A stretch of 64,000 nucleotides of DNA from an uncultured Gammaproteobacteria bacterium (GTDB taxonomy: Bacteria; Patescibacteriota; Patescibacteriia; CAZGFX01). Location: contig CAZGFX010000001.1 of assembly GCA_964524845.1 (NCBI GenBank), positions 293,034 through 357,033 of the forward strand, given 5' to 3'. Below are positions 1-9,367 of this stretch, in pieces. The notes beneath the pieces are model-generated. The model searched no databases. It had not been told where the DNA came from and saw only the letters and a list, made by a program, of their open reading frames with translations. The translations under genes and the position numbers were made by a program. The number at the start of each line of letters is the position of its first letter. The stretch's first letter is position 1.

Positions 1-2176
1 TATTGTATGCTCCGCAATGATTTGTATTATTTTTTATATTTATTTCACACCCATTTGATTGTGTTTTACTAGAAAAATCTTCATCAACATCAATGAAGAA
101 ATCAGTACATGCACCTCCCCACCCATCAGCAATATTTCCAACAGAATGATCAACTCGACAAACTCCTTCAACGCACGATGTTCTGTTTGTTTGTGGCAAA
201 GAACATACAAAACTACAAGCACCACAATGATCAGGATTGTTTTTTATATTTATTTCACATCCGTCAGCTGCGTTTGAATTACAATCAACATATCCGTTTA
301 AACAGCTTTTTATTCTCCAATCACCCCACGAACCGGATTTCCAACTTCCGCTCCAATCTCTTTCAATTACTCCATTTAAATAAGAATCTGTTTTTTCTTC
401 TTTATTAGAAATACAAACCCCTCTCGAAGACATTTCGGTAATATGAAAATCATTTTGACACTCACACGCAACGCCATTTCCAGATGAATATTGCACGCCC
501 TTTCCGTCCGTAATAATCATAGTTGATTGGCAAGATTGAACACGACAACCACCATCCTTACACAAAACAGAAGTTGCAAAATCTATATTACATACATCTC
601 CACACTTTCCACAATTCAATATATTATCTTTTAAACTTACTTCGCATCCGTTTGTTGCTGTTTTATCACAATCAGCAAAATTTTCCTTACACTGAATCGA
701 CGAGTACTGCCAACCGCCTGACTCAGTGTTCCATTTTTTTTGGCAATCATCACCTAAATTTCCTTCTAGCTTTTCTTCGTCGGAACATTCTGTAAAATTA
801 GAAACACACTGATTATCCTGTTTATGATATCCGTCTAAACAAGAAAATCCTTGACAATCAGCATCACACAAACCATTCTCGAAAACCCCTATACCATTTT
901 CACACACTTCCTCTGGATCAAGTATTCCATCTCCGCACTTTCTTCCAATTAGTTGAACCGACTTACACGACTCATCGCAATATGTACACGGAATACCGTA
1001 TGTTGACGATATACATTTTGTTCCGTTTTGTTCTTCTCCATAATCACATTGTTCGTCTCCGTTTTGTACTCCATCTCCACATTGCTCGTTTGCTATACAC
1101 GTTCCTTTTTTAATAAACTTACAACTTGCGTTACACTCGTATGTTTCTTGTCCAGTATATTGTCCTATTGTGCATGATTTTGTTGTTAATTGTCCTGGTT
1201 CGCACTCCTCTCCTAGATCTGATTGTACTATTGAGTCTCCACAGACTGGTTTGTTGAATACTGTGGTGCAAATAACCGTGTCATCAGAGTTTTTAGTTAA
1301 AACTTTTGAATTTTTTCCTATCCAATTAAAATCAATCTCCCAATCAATATCAGTAAACTCAAAATTCGCATATAGTGTATATGATTGTCCGTTTGGTGAT
1401 ACTTGGTAATGAAATACTCTGGAGTTTTTTGGACATACGTATGCTCCGTTTGGTCGTTCGTTTGATACTGGTATCCAGCATGTTTTTGGATCAAATCCTG
1501 CTTTTTCACATCCGTATGCATATGTGTTTATAGGATCTGTTCCTTGTACTCCAATAAGTGTTAGAAATCTCTGCCAAGAAGGCCACGCGCTTGATGTTAG
1601 ACCAGGGATGTATGTTCCTGATATAAGAGTAGGATATGTTCCATTTTTTTGTTTATATGTTTCAAGAGCTCCGGCTATTGATGTTAGTGTGTGAAGTCTT
1701 TTTTGATCTCTAAATATCTGCTCTATATTTTCGTTTGTGAAGTTCTGGAGTCCTGTTTCTGCGCGATAATCTGTAAATTTAAGATTTTTTATTATAATAT
1801 CGTACGCCTTGTTTATTGCAGAAGATGTTTTGTCTGATGTCGTCACTACATATACTCTTGTTTCGAGTTTTTGATTTGTTGGATTAAAAAATACTCCATT
1901 GATATATATGGAATTTTTATCCTTAACGGCTGGGTATCCTTTAACTGTCGTGCTTTGTGGTGTTCCTGTAAATCCTTGATCTATATACCATTTTTCAATT
2001 GGAATTTGTCTTTTGTTTTCATATACGCGAAGACCTAGGGCACCGAGTTCGGATTTTGAATTCTGTGCAAAAACAACAACACCAAGAACAACAAAAAGAC
2101 AACTAACAATTCCGATTTTTATCGGTAATAATATGTTTGAAAAGTATGGTGTTTTGCCTTTCCTTTTGGACAACAT
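1..2176 (-). CDS. Large secreted cysteine-rich repeat protein, 3'-partial (C-terminus beyond window start). N-terminal signal anchor plus a pilin/pseudopilin-like domain (ALETYKQKNGTYPTL), then many Cys-rich repeats (CGDG..E.CD, N.CG.CG..C).
   Basis: ATG at 2176 (rc) with no stop in that frame down to position 1, by my own translation. It is not in the ORF track because no stop lies in the window. The hydrophobic N-terminus and repeated CxxCGxCG and CGDGxxxxxEECD motifs resemble Myxococcus-type Cys-rich repeats. Confidence 0.55.
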   Translation of the reverse strand, partial: MLSKRKGKTPYFSNILLPIKIGIVSCLFVVLGVVVFAQNSKSELGALGLRVYENKRQIPIEKWYIDQGFTGTPQSTTVKGYPAVKDKNSIYINGVFFNPTNQKLETRVYVVTTSDKTSSAINKAYDIIIKNLKFTDYRAETGLQNFTNENIEQIFRDQKRLHTLTSIAGALETYKQKNGTYPTLISGTYIPGLTSSAWPSWQRFLTLIGVQGTDPINTYAYGCEKAGFDPKTCWIPVSNERPNGAYVCPKNSRVFHYQVSPNGQSYTLYANFEFTDIDWEIDFNWIGKNSKVLTKNSDDTVICTTVFNKPVCGDSIVQSDLGEECEPGQLTTKSCTIGQYTGQETYECNASCKFIKKGTCIANEQCGDGVQNGDEQCDYGEEQNGTKCISSTYGIPCTYCDESCKSVQLIGRKCGDGILDPEEVCENGIGVFENGLCDADCQGFSCLDGYHKQDNQCVSNFTECSDEEKLEGNLGDDCQKKWNTESGGWQYSSIQCKENFADCDKTATNGCEVSLKDNILNCGKCGDVCNIDFATSVLCKDGGCRVQSCQSTMIITDGKGVQYSSGNGVACECQNDFHITEMSSRGVCISNKEEKTDSYLNGVIERDWSGSWKSGSWGDWRIKSCLNGYVDCNSNAADGCEINIKNNPDHCGACSFVCSLPQTNRTSCVEGVCRVDHSVGNIADGWGGACTDFFIDVDEDFSSKTQSNGCEINIKNNTNHCGAYN

Positions 2177-2271
2177 GAGTTTTATCCGTTGCTTTAATTA
2201 TATCATATTTTTGCTTTTTTTCATATATCTACAATTAATATACCGGCTTAATAATTTAGTTTGTTTTTATA

Positions 2272-3396
2272 TTGCTCATTCGTTACAATAAGCACATGGA
2301 AAAAATAGAAAAAACAATTATTTTACATGATTATCTAATGCACAGGGGCGGCGGCGAACGCCTGATACTCACGCTTGCAGAAGCTTTCGACGCACCCCTT
2401 GTTACAGGATTTATCAATCCAAATTCATTTAAAGGAGAAGATTTTGGTGTGGAGACAATATCTCTAGGAAAACCAATATCATATCCAGGATTCAGATATT
2501 TAGGTATTCAATATCGCTTCAGACATAAGACTGATTTTTTGAAAAATTATGATATAGCAATATTCTCTGCGAATTGTATCGCCGCCGCCCGAAATTGTAG
2601 AAAAGATACTTTAAAAATATTCTATTGTCATACACCAATCAGAAATGCGTATGATTTATACGAATTTCATTTATCCAGAATGCCTTGGTGGAAAAAGGTT
2701 CCTTATATAATATTTTGTAAGTTTATAAGATTTAATTATAAAAGAGATTTACGATTTATAGATGTCGTCGTCGTAAATTCAAAAAATGTACAAGACAGAG
2801 TGAAAAGATATCTTCACAGAGATTCCGTCATAGTATATCCACCCATTGATACAGAAAAATTCAAATGGATATCACAAGGAGATTATTATCTTTCTTATGC
2901 ACGAGTGGATCTTGTTAAGCGAGTAGTTGATATTGCGCGCGCGTTTCTTGAGATGCCTGATAAAAAATTAATTATCGCCTCCACTGGGACGGAAGTTGAA
3001 AAATTACAAGAGTTGATTTCGCGCGCGCCTAATATCACTTATGTTGGATGTGTAACAGATGATGAACTTAGAAAACTAGTTGGAAATTGCATTGCCACAA
3101 TATATATACCAAAAGACGAGGATTTTGGCATGTCTCCACTCGAATCAATGTCTGCCGGGAAGCCGTGTATCGGAGTTGCGGAAGGGGGTTTACTTGAAAC
3201 AATATCTGATGGTATAGACGGTGTATTAATACCAAAGAACCCATCGACAAAAGATATTATTGATGGAGTTAAAAAACTTTCTCCTGAAATGTGTTTAAAA
3301 ATGAGAAACGCATGTGTTGATAAAGCTCAAAAATTCTCAATAGAAGTTTTTGTTAACGCAATGAAAAAAATTATTAATGAGACATATTCTCATTAA
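2272..3396 (+). CDS. Glycosyltransferase family 4 (GT1 fold).
   Basis: 374 aa. C-terminal GT4 signature GMSPLESMSAGKPCIGVAEGGLLETISDG (EX7E motif). An alternative start lies at 2296 (MEKIEK). Confidence 0.8.
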   Translation: MLIRYNKHMEKIEKTIILHDYLMHRGGGERLILTLAEAFDAPLVTGFINPNSFKGEDFGVETISLGKPISYPGFRYLGIQYRFRHKTDFLKNYDIAIFSANCIAAARNCRKDTLKIFYCHTPIRNAYDLYEFHLSRMPWWKKVPYIIFCKFIRFNYKRDLRFIDVVVVNSKNVQDRVKRYLHRDSVIVYPPIDTEKFKWISQGDYYLSYARVDLVKRVVDIARAFLEMPDKKLIIASTGTEVEKLQELISRAPNITYVGCVTDDELRKLVGNCIATIYIPKDEDFGMSPLESMSAGKPCIGVAEGGLLETISDGIDGVLIPKNPSTKDIIDGVKKLSPEMCLKMRNACVDKAQKFSIEVFVNAMKKIINETYSH

Positions 3397-3482
3397 TGAT
3401 AAGGTGAGTTTTTTTGTTCGAAATATTTATTATGATTTACTTACACAAAAAAAGTCACGGGTTTCGCCTGTAAAAACATTTT

Positions 3483-4172
3483 TTATTTCTTCCTGGCCCT
3501 CAATACAAAAAACTTCCTTCCTTCTTTGAGCCACTCCGTCTCATACTCTGTAATCGGATCATTATATAACTTTTGTGCTTCAATAAATGCTCGTGGTGAA
3601 TATCCTGTACGATCAAGATTCTCTGCGTTTCGATAATCGCACGAAACAAAAAATATTTCAAACAAACGAGCAATTTCAATTAAAGAATATTCGAAAAATC
3701 TTCTGTGGTCCGTTTTTAACCATAATTCCCCTCCGACGGACAAAAACGAATTATACCAAGCGAGAAACTTCGGATGTGTTACTCTATGTTTCGTTTCTCT
3801 TCTTTTTTCTTGTGGCTCCGGACAATTTATTATTATTCTAAAAACCTCCCCTTTGGAAAATATCTTTTCTCCTTTTTCAATATCAAGACATACGAACTTA
3901 ATATTCGAAATACCTGCATCAACTCCTTTATTATACGCCTGCATCGTGCGGTCGCGGGCATACTCTATTCCAATATAATTATATTCTGGGTGTTGTTGTG
4001 CCATCTCTATCAAATATCCGCCGCGACCGCACCCGATTTCTACAATAATAGGCTTATCTGGCTCAAGAAAAAGCCCCTTCCATTTACCATGGTAAGTATT
4101 CGATGCCTCGGATCCCTTAATTATCGATTTACACTGATCGCACTCGTTCTTATATTGTTGTTTACGCCTCAT
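3483..4172 (-). CDS. trmB: tRNA (guanine46-N7)-methyltransferase TrmB.
   Basis: SAM-binding motif VEIGCGRGGYLIEMAQQHPEYNYIGIEY and the TrmB-family C-terminal region. 229 aa. Confidence 0.85.
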   Translation of the reverse strand: MRRKQQYKNECDQCKSIIKGSEASNTYHGKWKGLFLEPDKPIIVEIGCGRGGYLIEMAQQHPEYNYIGIEYARDRTMQAYNKGVDAGISNIKFVCLDIEKGEKIFSKGEVFRIIINCPEPQEKRRETKHRVTHPKFLAWYNSFLSVGGELWLKTDHRRFFEYSLIEIARLFEIFFVSCDYRNAENLDRTGYSPRAFIEAQKLYNDPITEYETEWLKEGRKFFVLRARKK

Positions 4173-4199
4173 ATTAACCGCTTTGGTGTTTTTTATTAA

Positions 4200-4979
4200 T
4201 TATTTCAAAAAATAAAACAGTGTTAAAATAATCGCACCAAGTATAATTCTATAAACACCGAATACGAAAAAATTGTGCTCGGACACATATCGAACAAACC
4301 ATGTAATAATAATACGAGCAATAATAAAAGAAACAATAAATCCCACAACCAGAACATTTATCTCGTGTGCGGTGAGAGATCCTCCCCATGTAAATAATGA
4401 GTACACCGAGGCGGCTAACAACGTCGGTATCGCAAGAAAAAAACTAAACTCAGTAGCTTCTTTTCTTTCGATTCCCTGCACAAGTCCTCCATATATAGAA
4501 GCAAATGAACGTGATGTACCTGGAATAAGTGCAAGGCATTGAAATAATCCTATTATAAAAGATGTTTTATATGTAATTGAAGTGTGTATTGGTCGAACGT
4601 ATTTTTCAATCGGAAAAAGCATAACACAACCTCCAATAACCAGTGCACTTGCAACAACAAGTGGAGAAAACAAAATATTAATATAATCTTTCAAAAAAAA
4701 TCCAACTATAAGTGATGGAATAACTCCTATAATAATAGCTCCAAGTGTTTTTTTGTTCTCGTTTGTTGTTGGTTTTAACCGAGTAAAATAAATTACAATA
4801 ACCGACAAAAGCGCTCCAAACTGAATCACAATATCAAATAGTTTTGTAAATTCCGAGTTACCGTTTAGATTTCCAAGCCACTCGTTCGCTAAAATTAAAT
4901 GACCGGTTGATGATACCGGTATAAACTCAGTCACTCCCTCTATAATTGCTAGAAATATGCTGTAAAAAAAATCGTACAT
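4200..4979 (-). CDS. uppP: Undecaprenyl-diphosphatase (UppP/BacA).
   Basis: N-terminal signature IIEGVTEFIPVSSTGHLIL, polytopic membrane protein, 259 aa. Confidence 0.9.
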   Translation of the reverse strand: MYDFFYSIFLAIIEGVTEFIPVSSTGHLILANEWLGNLNGNSEFTKLFDIVIQFGALLSVIVIYFTRLKPTTNENKKTLGAIIIGVIPSLIVGFFLKDYINILFSPLVVASALVIGGCVMLFPIEKYVRPIHTSITYKTSFIIGLFQCLALIPGTSRSFASIYGGLVQGIERKEATEFSFFLAIPTLLAASVYSLFTWGGSLTAHEINVLVVGFIVSFIIARIIITWFVRYVSEHNFFVFGVYRIILGAIILTLFYFLK

Positions 4980-5002
4980 ATAAAAAATATTGTAGTCCTA
5001 TG

Positions 5003-5758
5003 TTACGCCGCTTCGTTCCACTCATCGAGTGCTTTCATTTGCTTTTTGGTTGCTGTACTATTTTTTTTAATTTGTTCTTGATTGTCGAGAATAAATTTTT
5101 CAAATGAATCTTTTGTTTTTTTATTCAAATCTCCTTTTGCAAAACCAATATCAACAACAACTCCTAATAAAAAAAGGCTTTGTTCGTTGATAATTTCCGG
5201 TGTATTTTTTTGAATAACACCTTTATCTTTTTCAGGAAGTTTATTAATAAGTGTATTTAATAAAAAAATAGATGATTTTTTAAGATATTCTTGAGTAATA
5301 TTAATATCTTCGTCAGCTTCTTTATATTCTTTCTCTACACCAATTAAACTACCAGGCTTCTTTCCATTAATTACTTCTTCTAATTTTAATTTTTTAATAA
5401 GTTTAAATGCATATTTTTCAGCAATTTCTGATTTTTTATAAGAAGAACTATCTTTAATATTTGCTATTTCCTGTTCTATTAAAGGTAGTTTTCCTATACG
5501 TTCTGTTCGAGAAAAAAACATTAATTCCCGAAACTTGCTTTTTACATAATTTCCTAAATTTGAGTCATCTTTTTTCAATTCTGTAGAAATATCAAAAAAA
5601 TCCTCTTGTCGTGGCCTAGAAAGAGTTGCGTCTGATTCTCTTATTTGTGAGATCAGTGCGTCCTTTTCTAACAAATCAGCATCCTTATCTTTTCCACTTT
5701 CCTCTTTTCCATTAGGTGCCTCATAAGAACCAAGATGATCCATTTTTTCTATAGACAT
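5003..5758 (-). CDS. Hypothetical Lys/Glu-rich protein.
   Basis: 251-aa ORF with coding-like composition and no recognisable motif. Confidence 0.5.
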   Translation of the reverse strand: MSIEKMDHLGSYEAPNGKEESGKDKDADLLEKDALISQIRESDATLSRPRQEDFFDISTELKKDDSNLGNYVKSKFRELMFFSRTERIGKLPLIEQEIANIKDSSSYKKSEIAEKYAFKLIKKLKLEEVINGKKPGSLIGVEKEYKEADEDINITQEYLKKSSIFLLNTLINKLPEKDKGVIQKNTPEIINEQSLFLLGVVVDIGFAKGDLNKKTKDSFEKFILDNQEQIKKNSTATKKQMKALDEWNEAA

Positions 5759-5863
5759 AGCAAAAAAATTGATTTTTCCTATTAGAATAACTAGTATGAC
5801 ATTAGAAATAACTACAAATAAATTATATCATAAAAACTATAATAAAACAATGAGGAGTTTTTC

Positions 5864-6409
5864 ATGAAAAAATACGATCCTGACGAAACCAGAAGAAAAT
5901 TATTTAAATTATTGAGCGGATATGGACAGACAATACAAAGATCTGAACAAATCGACACAATCCAAAAAACAATTTATGAGTGGGTGCAAACACACAAGAA
6001 TCGGGTTAATATTGATTTTAAAAAAGATCTGGATAATATATTTAAAACATCAAGCCTGAAAAAGAAAAACTACGCTGCATATGTTCTTTTTCCTATCTAT
6101 ATACAAGCTCTTGCGCACATTGTAATTAACAGAAAAGCTATTACCAAAAAAGATAAATCACAACATTTGTTTTTAGTAAAAAGAATTATTAAAGAAAAAT
6201 TGAACGAGAATAATATCTTCCCAACAAAAGATAGTGTTAAAAAATTTATTGAAAAATTAACAGAAAAATATAAAGAATTATTCGAAGATGATGAATTCAA
6301 GCCATCTGTCGAAACGTTTTTCTTCCTAATAAAAACAGTTGAGGAATGTTGTTATGAAGACACCATTCTTCCGAACACGTTTAAAATATGGCGCAACGCC
6401 ATATGGTAA
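5864..6409 (+). CDS. Hypothetical protein.
   Basis: 181-aa ORF with RBS-like GAGGAG upstream, divergent from the 5003..5758 gene. Confidence 0.5.
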   Translation: MKKYDPDETRRKLFKLLSGYGQTIQRSEQIDTIQKTIYEWVQTHKNRVNIDFKKDLDNIFKTSSLKKKNYAAYVLFPIYIQALAHIVINRKAITKKDKSQHLFLVKRIIKEKLNENNIFPTKDSVKKFIEKLTEKYKELFEDDEFKPSVETFFFLIKTVEECCYEDTILPNTFKIWRNAIW

Positions 6410-6430
6410 ATAATATCTACCATTGAACAA

Positions 6431-6462
6431 CTAATTATAAACCACCTTACAAAGGTGGTTTT
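6431..6462 (+). terminator. Rho-independent terminator (AACCACC-TTACAA-AGGTGGTT then T-run).
   Basis: Perfect 8-bp stem followed by TTTTTTTAT, directly after the 5864..6409 gene. Confidence 0.6.
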
Positions 6463-6520
6463 TTTATAGACAAAGAAAAATAATTACTGTACTGTACCAT
6501 CATGTTTGAAAACTTAATAT

Positions 6521-6605
6521 GGACACGTGGCGAAATTGGTATACGCGTACGCTTCAGGAGCGTATGGAGCAATCCGTGAGGGTTCAAATCCCTCCGTGTC
6601 CACCA
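6521..6605 (+). tRNA. tRNA-Leu (anticodon CAG), class II with long variable arm, CCA encoded.
   Basis: Acceptor GGACACG/CGTGTCC, anticodon stem-loop TACGC-TTCAGGA-GCGTA, T arm GAGGG-TTCAAAT-CCCTC, discriminator A, then CCA. Confidence 0.85.
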
Positions 6606-6617
6606 TTCTTTTCATAC

Positions 6618-6652
6618 AAAAAACAAGCCATGAAAAGCTTGTCTTTTTTTAT
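6618..6652 (+). terminator. Terminator hairpin after tRNA-Leu (ACAAGC..GCTTGT then T7).
   Basis: Inverted repeat acaagccatgaaaagcttgt followed by cttttttta. Confidence 0.55.
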
Positions 6653-6710
6653 TTGTGATAAATTACAATCTTCCTTTTTGAATACAAATTACTTTTAAGA
6701 AATATTTTGT

Positions 6711-7859
6711 TTAATATTGATATTTAACCCACCCGTCTTTAGTAAATGTTTGAAGATATGCTTTTCTCCGAGAATTTCCTAATGAATCAAAATCTAATAT
6801 TCCAGCCGCTCCGTTTATTTTAATTTTTCTTAATTCCTTTACTAGATTTTGTGTTGATAAATCTGGTCCAGCCGCTTTTACAACCTTAGCAATAGCATAA
6901 ATATCGTCATATGTATAAGCAGAATCTCCAATAGGATCCTCTTTATATATTTCCTTATATTTTTTAATAAATTCTGCCGATGTTGTATTATTTTTATCTA
7001 ATGAATACCATAAATCAATAACATGCATTTGAAGTAAGGTATCATTTAGTTGTTGATACATAAAAGGAAAACCATATGTCGTGGCTCCAGCAAATAATTT
7101 AAGATTATCAAGGCCAAGAAGTTTGATTTGTTTTGTTATGTTAATGGCTTCATTGCCTGGAAAAGCATAAACCAAAATAGCGTCTGGCTTATTATTTTTT
7201 AATTTTAATAATTGTGTTTTAAAATCCTGATCACCAAAATTGAAATTTTCAATCGTTGTTTTTATATTTCCGACTTCATTAGTAAGGCCATTCAAAAAAA
7301 ATTTTGTATCAGAATAATTTAAAGCAAGAACCCCTAGATTTCTAACTTTTTCTTTAATTATTGCTTCCCCAATCGCTGAACCCGCATCTTGCATATCCCA
7401 ATAATCTCTAAATATCTTATTTCCATCACCAATTTTAGAAACAGTTATTGCAAAATTGATCACATCTTTTTGTTTTATAATTGGAGCAATGGCCTCAGTT
7501 TGAGCGGAAAAACTAGTAAACAAAAATTTCACCTTATCAATATCAATTAATTTATTTGCCGCACTTAATGAATTTGAGACTTTTCCACCATCGTCTTCAA
7601 TAATTAAATGCAGTTTTTTGCCATCCACGCCTCCTTTATTATTAATTTCATTAACAGCCATTTCGAGACCTCTTCTATATTCAACACCATAAGAAGCAAG
7701 CGAACTGGTTAAATCAAGAATTGCGCCAATTTTAATGATTTCATCATTTACTATTTTTTGAGTATTTTTATTAAAGTTCAAAACAAAAACAGATAGGAAA
7801 AATAGAATAATTATACAAATAATTATTTTCGTTCCTTTTTTTATTTTTAAAAAACCCAT
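6711..7859 (-). CDS. ABC transporter substrate-binding protein, branched-chain amino acid-binding (LivJ/LivK-like, Peripla_BP_6) family.
   Basis: 382 aa with an N-terminal signal anchor. Motifs IKIGAILDLTSSLASYG and GGVDGKKLHLIIEDDGGK are typical of type I periplasmic binding proteins. Confidence 0.7.
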   Translation of the reverse strand: MGFLKIKKGTKIIICIIILFFLSVFVLNFNKNTQKIVNDEIIKIGAILDLTSSLASYGVEYRRGLEMAVNEINNKGGVDGKKLHLIIEDDGGKVSNSLSAANKLIDIDKVKFLFTSFSAQTEAIAPIIKQKDVINFAITVSKIGDGNKIFRDYWDMQDAGSAIGEAIIKEKVRNLGVLALNYSDTKFFLNGLTNEVGNIKTTIENFNFGDQDFKTQLLKLKNNKPDAILVYAFPGNEAINITKQIKLLGLDNLKLFAGATTYGFPFMYQQLNDTLLQMHVIDLWYSLDKNNTTSAEFIKKYKEIYKEDPIGDSAYTYDDIYAIAKVVKAAGPDLSTQNLVKELRKIKINGAAGILDFDSLGNSRRKAYLQTFTKDGWVKYQY

Positions 7860-7940
7860 AATAATTTATATTTAAATAAATTAAATCTAATAATAACTAA
7901 TTTATTAAAATACTTCTAATAATCATTATTTATTATATAA

Positions 7941-9020
7941 TTACAATCTTCCTTTATTTATTTGTTCTTTTTGGGCGACAAAATAAATATCCAGAAGAGC
8001 TAGAAAGACAGCCACAATAAGTGGGCCATATACGATGCCCATAATCCCAAACACATTAATTCCCCCAAGAATCGCTAGAAAAATTATAAGAGGATGAACT
8101 TTTATCTTATCGCCAATAACCATCGGTTTTATAACATTATCAACTGATGAAACAATAATCATATTGTATGCTAGAAATCCTATCGCAGGCCACACGTCTC
8201 CCGTTATAAAAAGATATAATGCCGCAGGAATAAATATAATCGCCGTGCCGAACATTGGTATGAATGCCATGATCATCATAATAACTCCCCAAAGCACCGG
8301 CGCGCTTATTCCAAACATCCAAAAACCAAGGCCTCCTAATAATCCTTGTGCGAGTGCGGAAACAAAATTTCCAAAAAACACCGCACGTGCCACCTCTTTA
8401 AACGTATGATACATATACATTTCCTCTTTCGTTTTTAGAGGGCTTAGTCGAATCAAAAAATCTCCAAGCACTGGACCGTCTTTTAAAAGATAATATACAG
8501 TCATCATCATGATGAAGAAACCAACAACAAGTTGGACTACATCAGAAAAAATACCACCAATCTGATTTGAAAGAGATAATCCTATGTTCTTCACCGCTGG
8601 CAAAGCCTGATCCTGAATTACCTGAACGATATCAATATGAAGGCGTTGGGATGTTGAATCGACAAATCTCGCAATAGGGTGTCCGCTTTGAAGAAACGCA
8701 TTTACGTCGGTCGCGAGCACCTGATCTCGCGCAATGGTAAAAATATGGAAGGCTTCTTTTGATAAGACAGTAAGTAAAGAGCTTATCGGACCCAGAATTA
8801 ATATTGCGAGTATAATCACAATGATAATTCCAGCCAATCCTTTGCGCCCTTTGAACTTACCGACAAGCCAGTCGTACCATTTGTAAGAAAGTGCGGCAAA
8901 AGCGGCCCCAAGAACGAGCGGGGTAAAAAATCCGCTTAATACATACAATAAAAAACCAAAGAAAAAGACCACTAGAGCTATAATGATAATATAATGGACA
9001 CTAACTGTATTTGAACTCAT
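7941..9020 (-). CDS. AI-2E family transporter (PerM/UPF0118-like permease).
   Basis: 359 aa, about 8 TM helices, family-typical organisation and C-terminal YFVAQKEQ tail. Confidence 0.65.
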   Translation of the reverse strand: MSSNTVSVHYIIIIALVVFFFGFLLYVLSGFFTPLVLGAAFAALSYKWYDWLVGKFKGRKGLAGIIIVIILAILILGPISSLLTVLSKEAFHIFTIARDQVLATDVNAFLQSGHPIARFVDSTSQRLHIDIVQVIQDQALPAVKNIGLSLSNQIGGIFSDVVQLVVGFFIMMMTVYYLLKDGPVLGDFLIRLSPLKTKEEMYMYHTFKEVARAVFFGNFVSALAQGLLGGLGFWMFGISAPVLWGVIMMIMAFIPMFGTAIIFIPAALYLFITGDVWPAIGFLAYNMIIVSSVDNVIKPMVIGDKIKVHPLIIFLAILGGINVFGIMGIVYGPLIVAVFLALLDIYFVAQKEQINKGRL

Positions 9021-9086
9021 ATTTAAATATTCGCTTATATTGTATCATGATCCGAAACGATAAAAAAGACATTATATATAAAATTA

Positions 9087-9367
9087 TTCGCGCCATGGTC
9101 GGAGATACCCCGCACGATTCACTCCGTTCATCTGCAGGTCACGTCGCTCGCGAGTGATGTGACGGGCCACGTCGTTCGCGCGAACGACGTGGCTGGGCGA
9201 GCCGGACAATAACGATACAATTCTATATAAAATATTTTCTGTGCAATATTATTCGCGCCATGGTCGGAGATACCCCGCACGATTCACTCCGTTCATCTGC
9301 GGGGCGAGCGGGACAACAACAATACAATTCTATATAAAATGTTTTCTGTGCAATATTGTTCGCGCCA
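9087..9367. repeat. Tandem array (2 full units plus the proximal flank) of a copy of the tRNA-Pro(GGG) 3' end with its flank. Each unit is a spacer, an inverted H-a hairpin (CCCCGCA-loop-TGCGGGG), then GTATCTCCGACCA+TGGCGCGAA. The distal unit carries a 66-bp insertion with two perfect palindromes.
   Basis: The 22-mer ttcgcgccatggtcggagatac occurs at 9087, 9252 and 9359 (the last being the real tRNA 3' end). Units are about 107 and 165 bp. The hairpin at 9273..9304 is an inverted copy of the H-a hairpin found on tRNA 5' flanks. Confidence 0.8.
9138..9192. repeat. Two adjacent CG-centred perfect or near-perfect palindromes (gtcacgtcgctcgcgagtgatgtgac 9138..9163 and ccacgtcgttcgcgcgaacgacgtgg 9167..9192) inserted into the stem of an H-a hairpin.
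   Basis: They are present in repeat unit 1 but absent from the otherwise identical unit 2, which has intact tgcgggg. The insertion point lies between ctgc and gggg. Confidence 0.75.
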
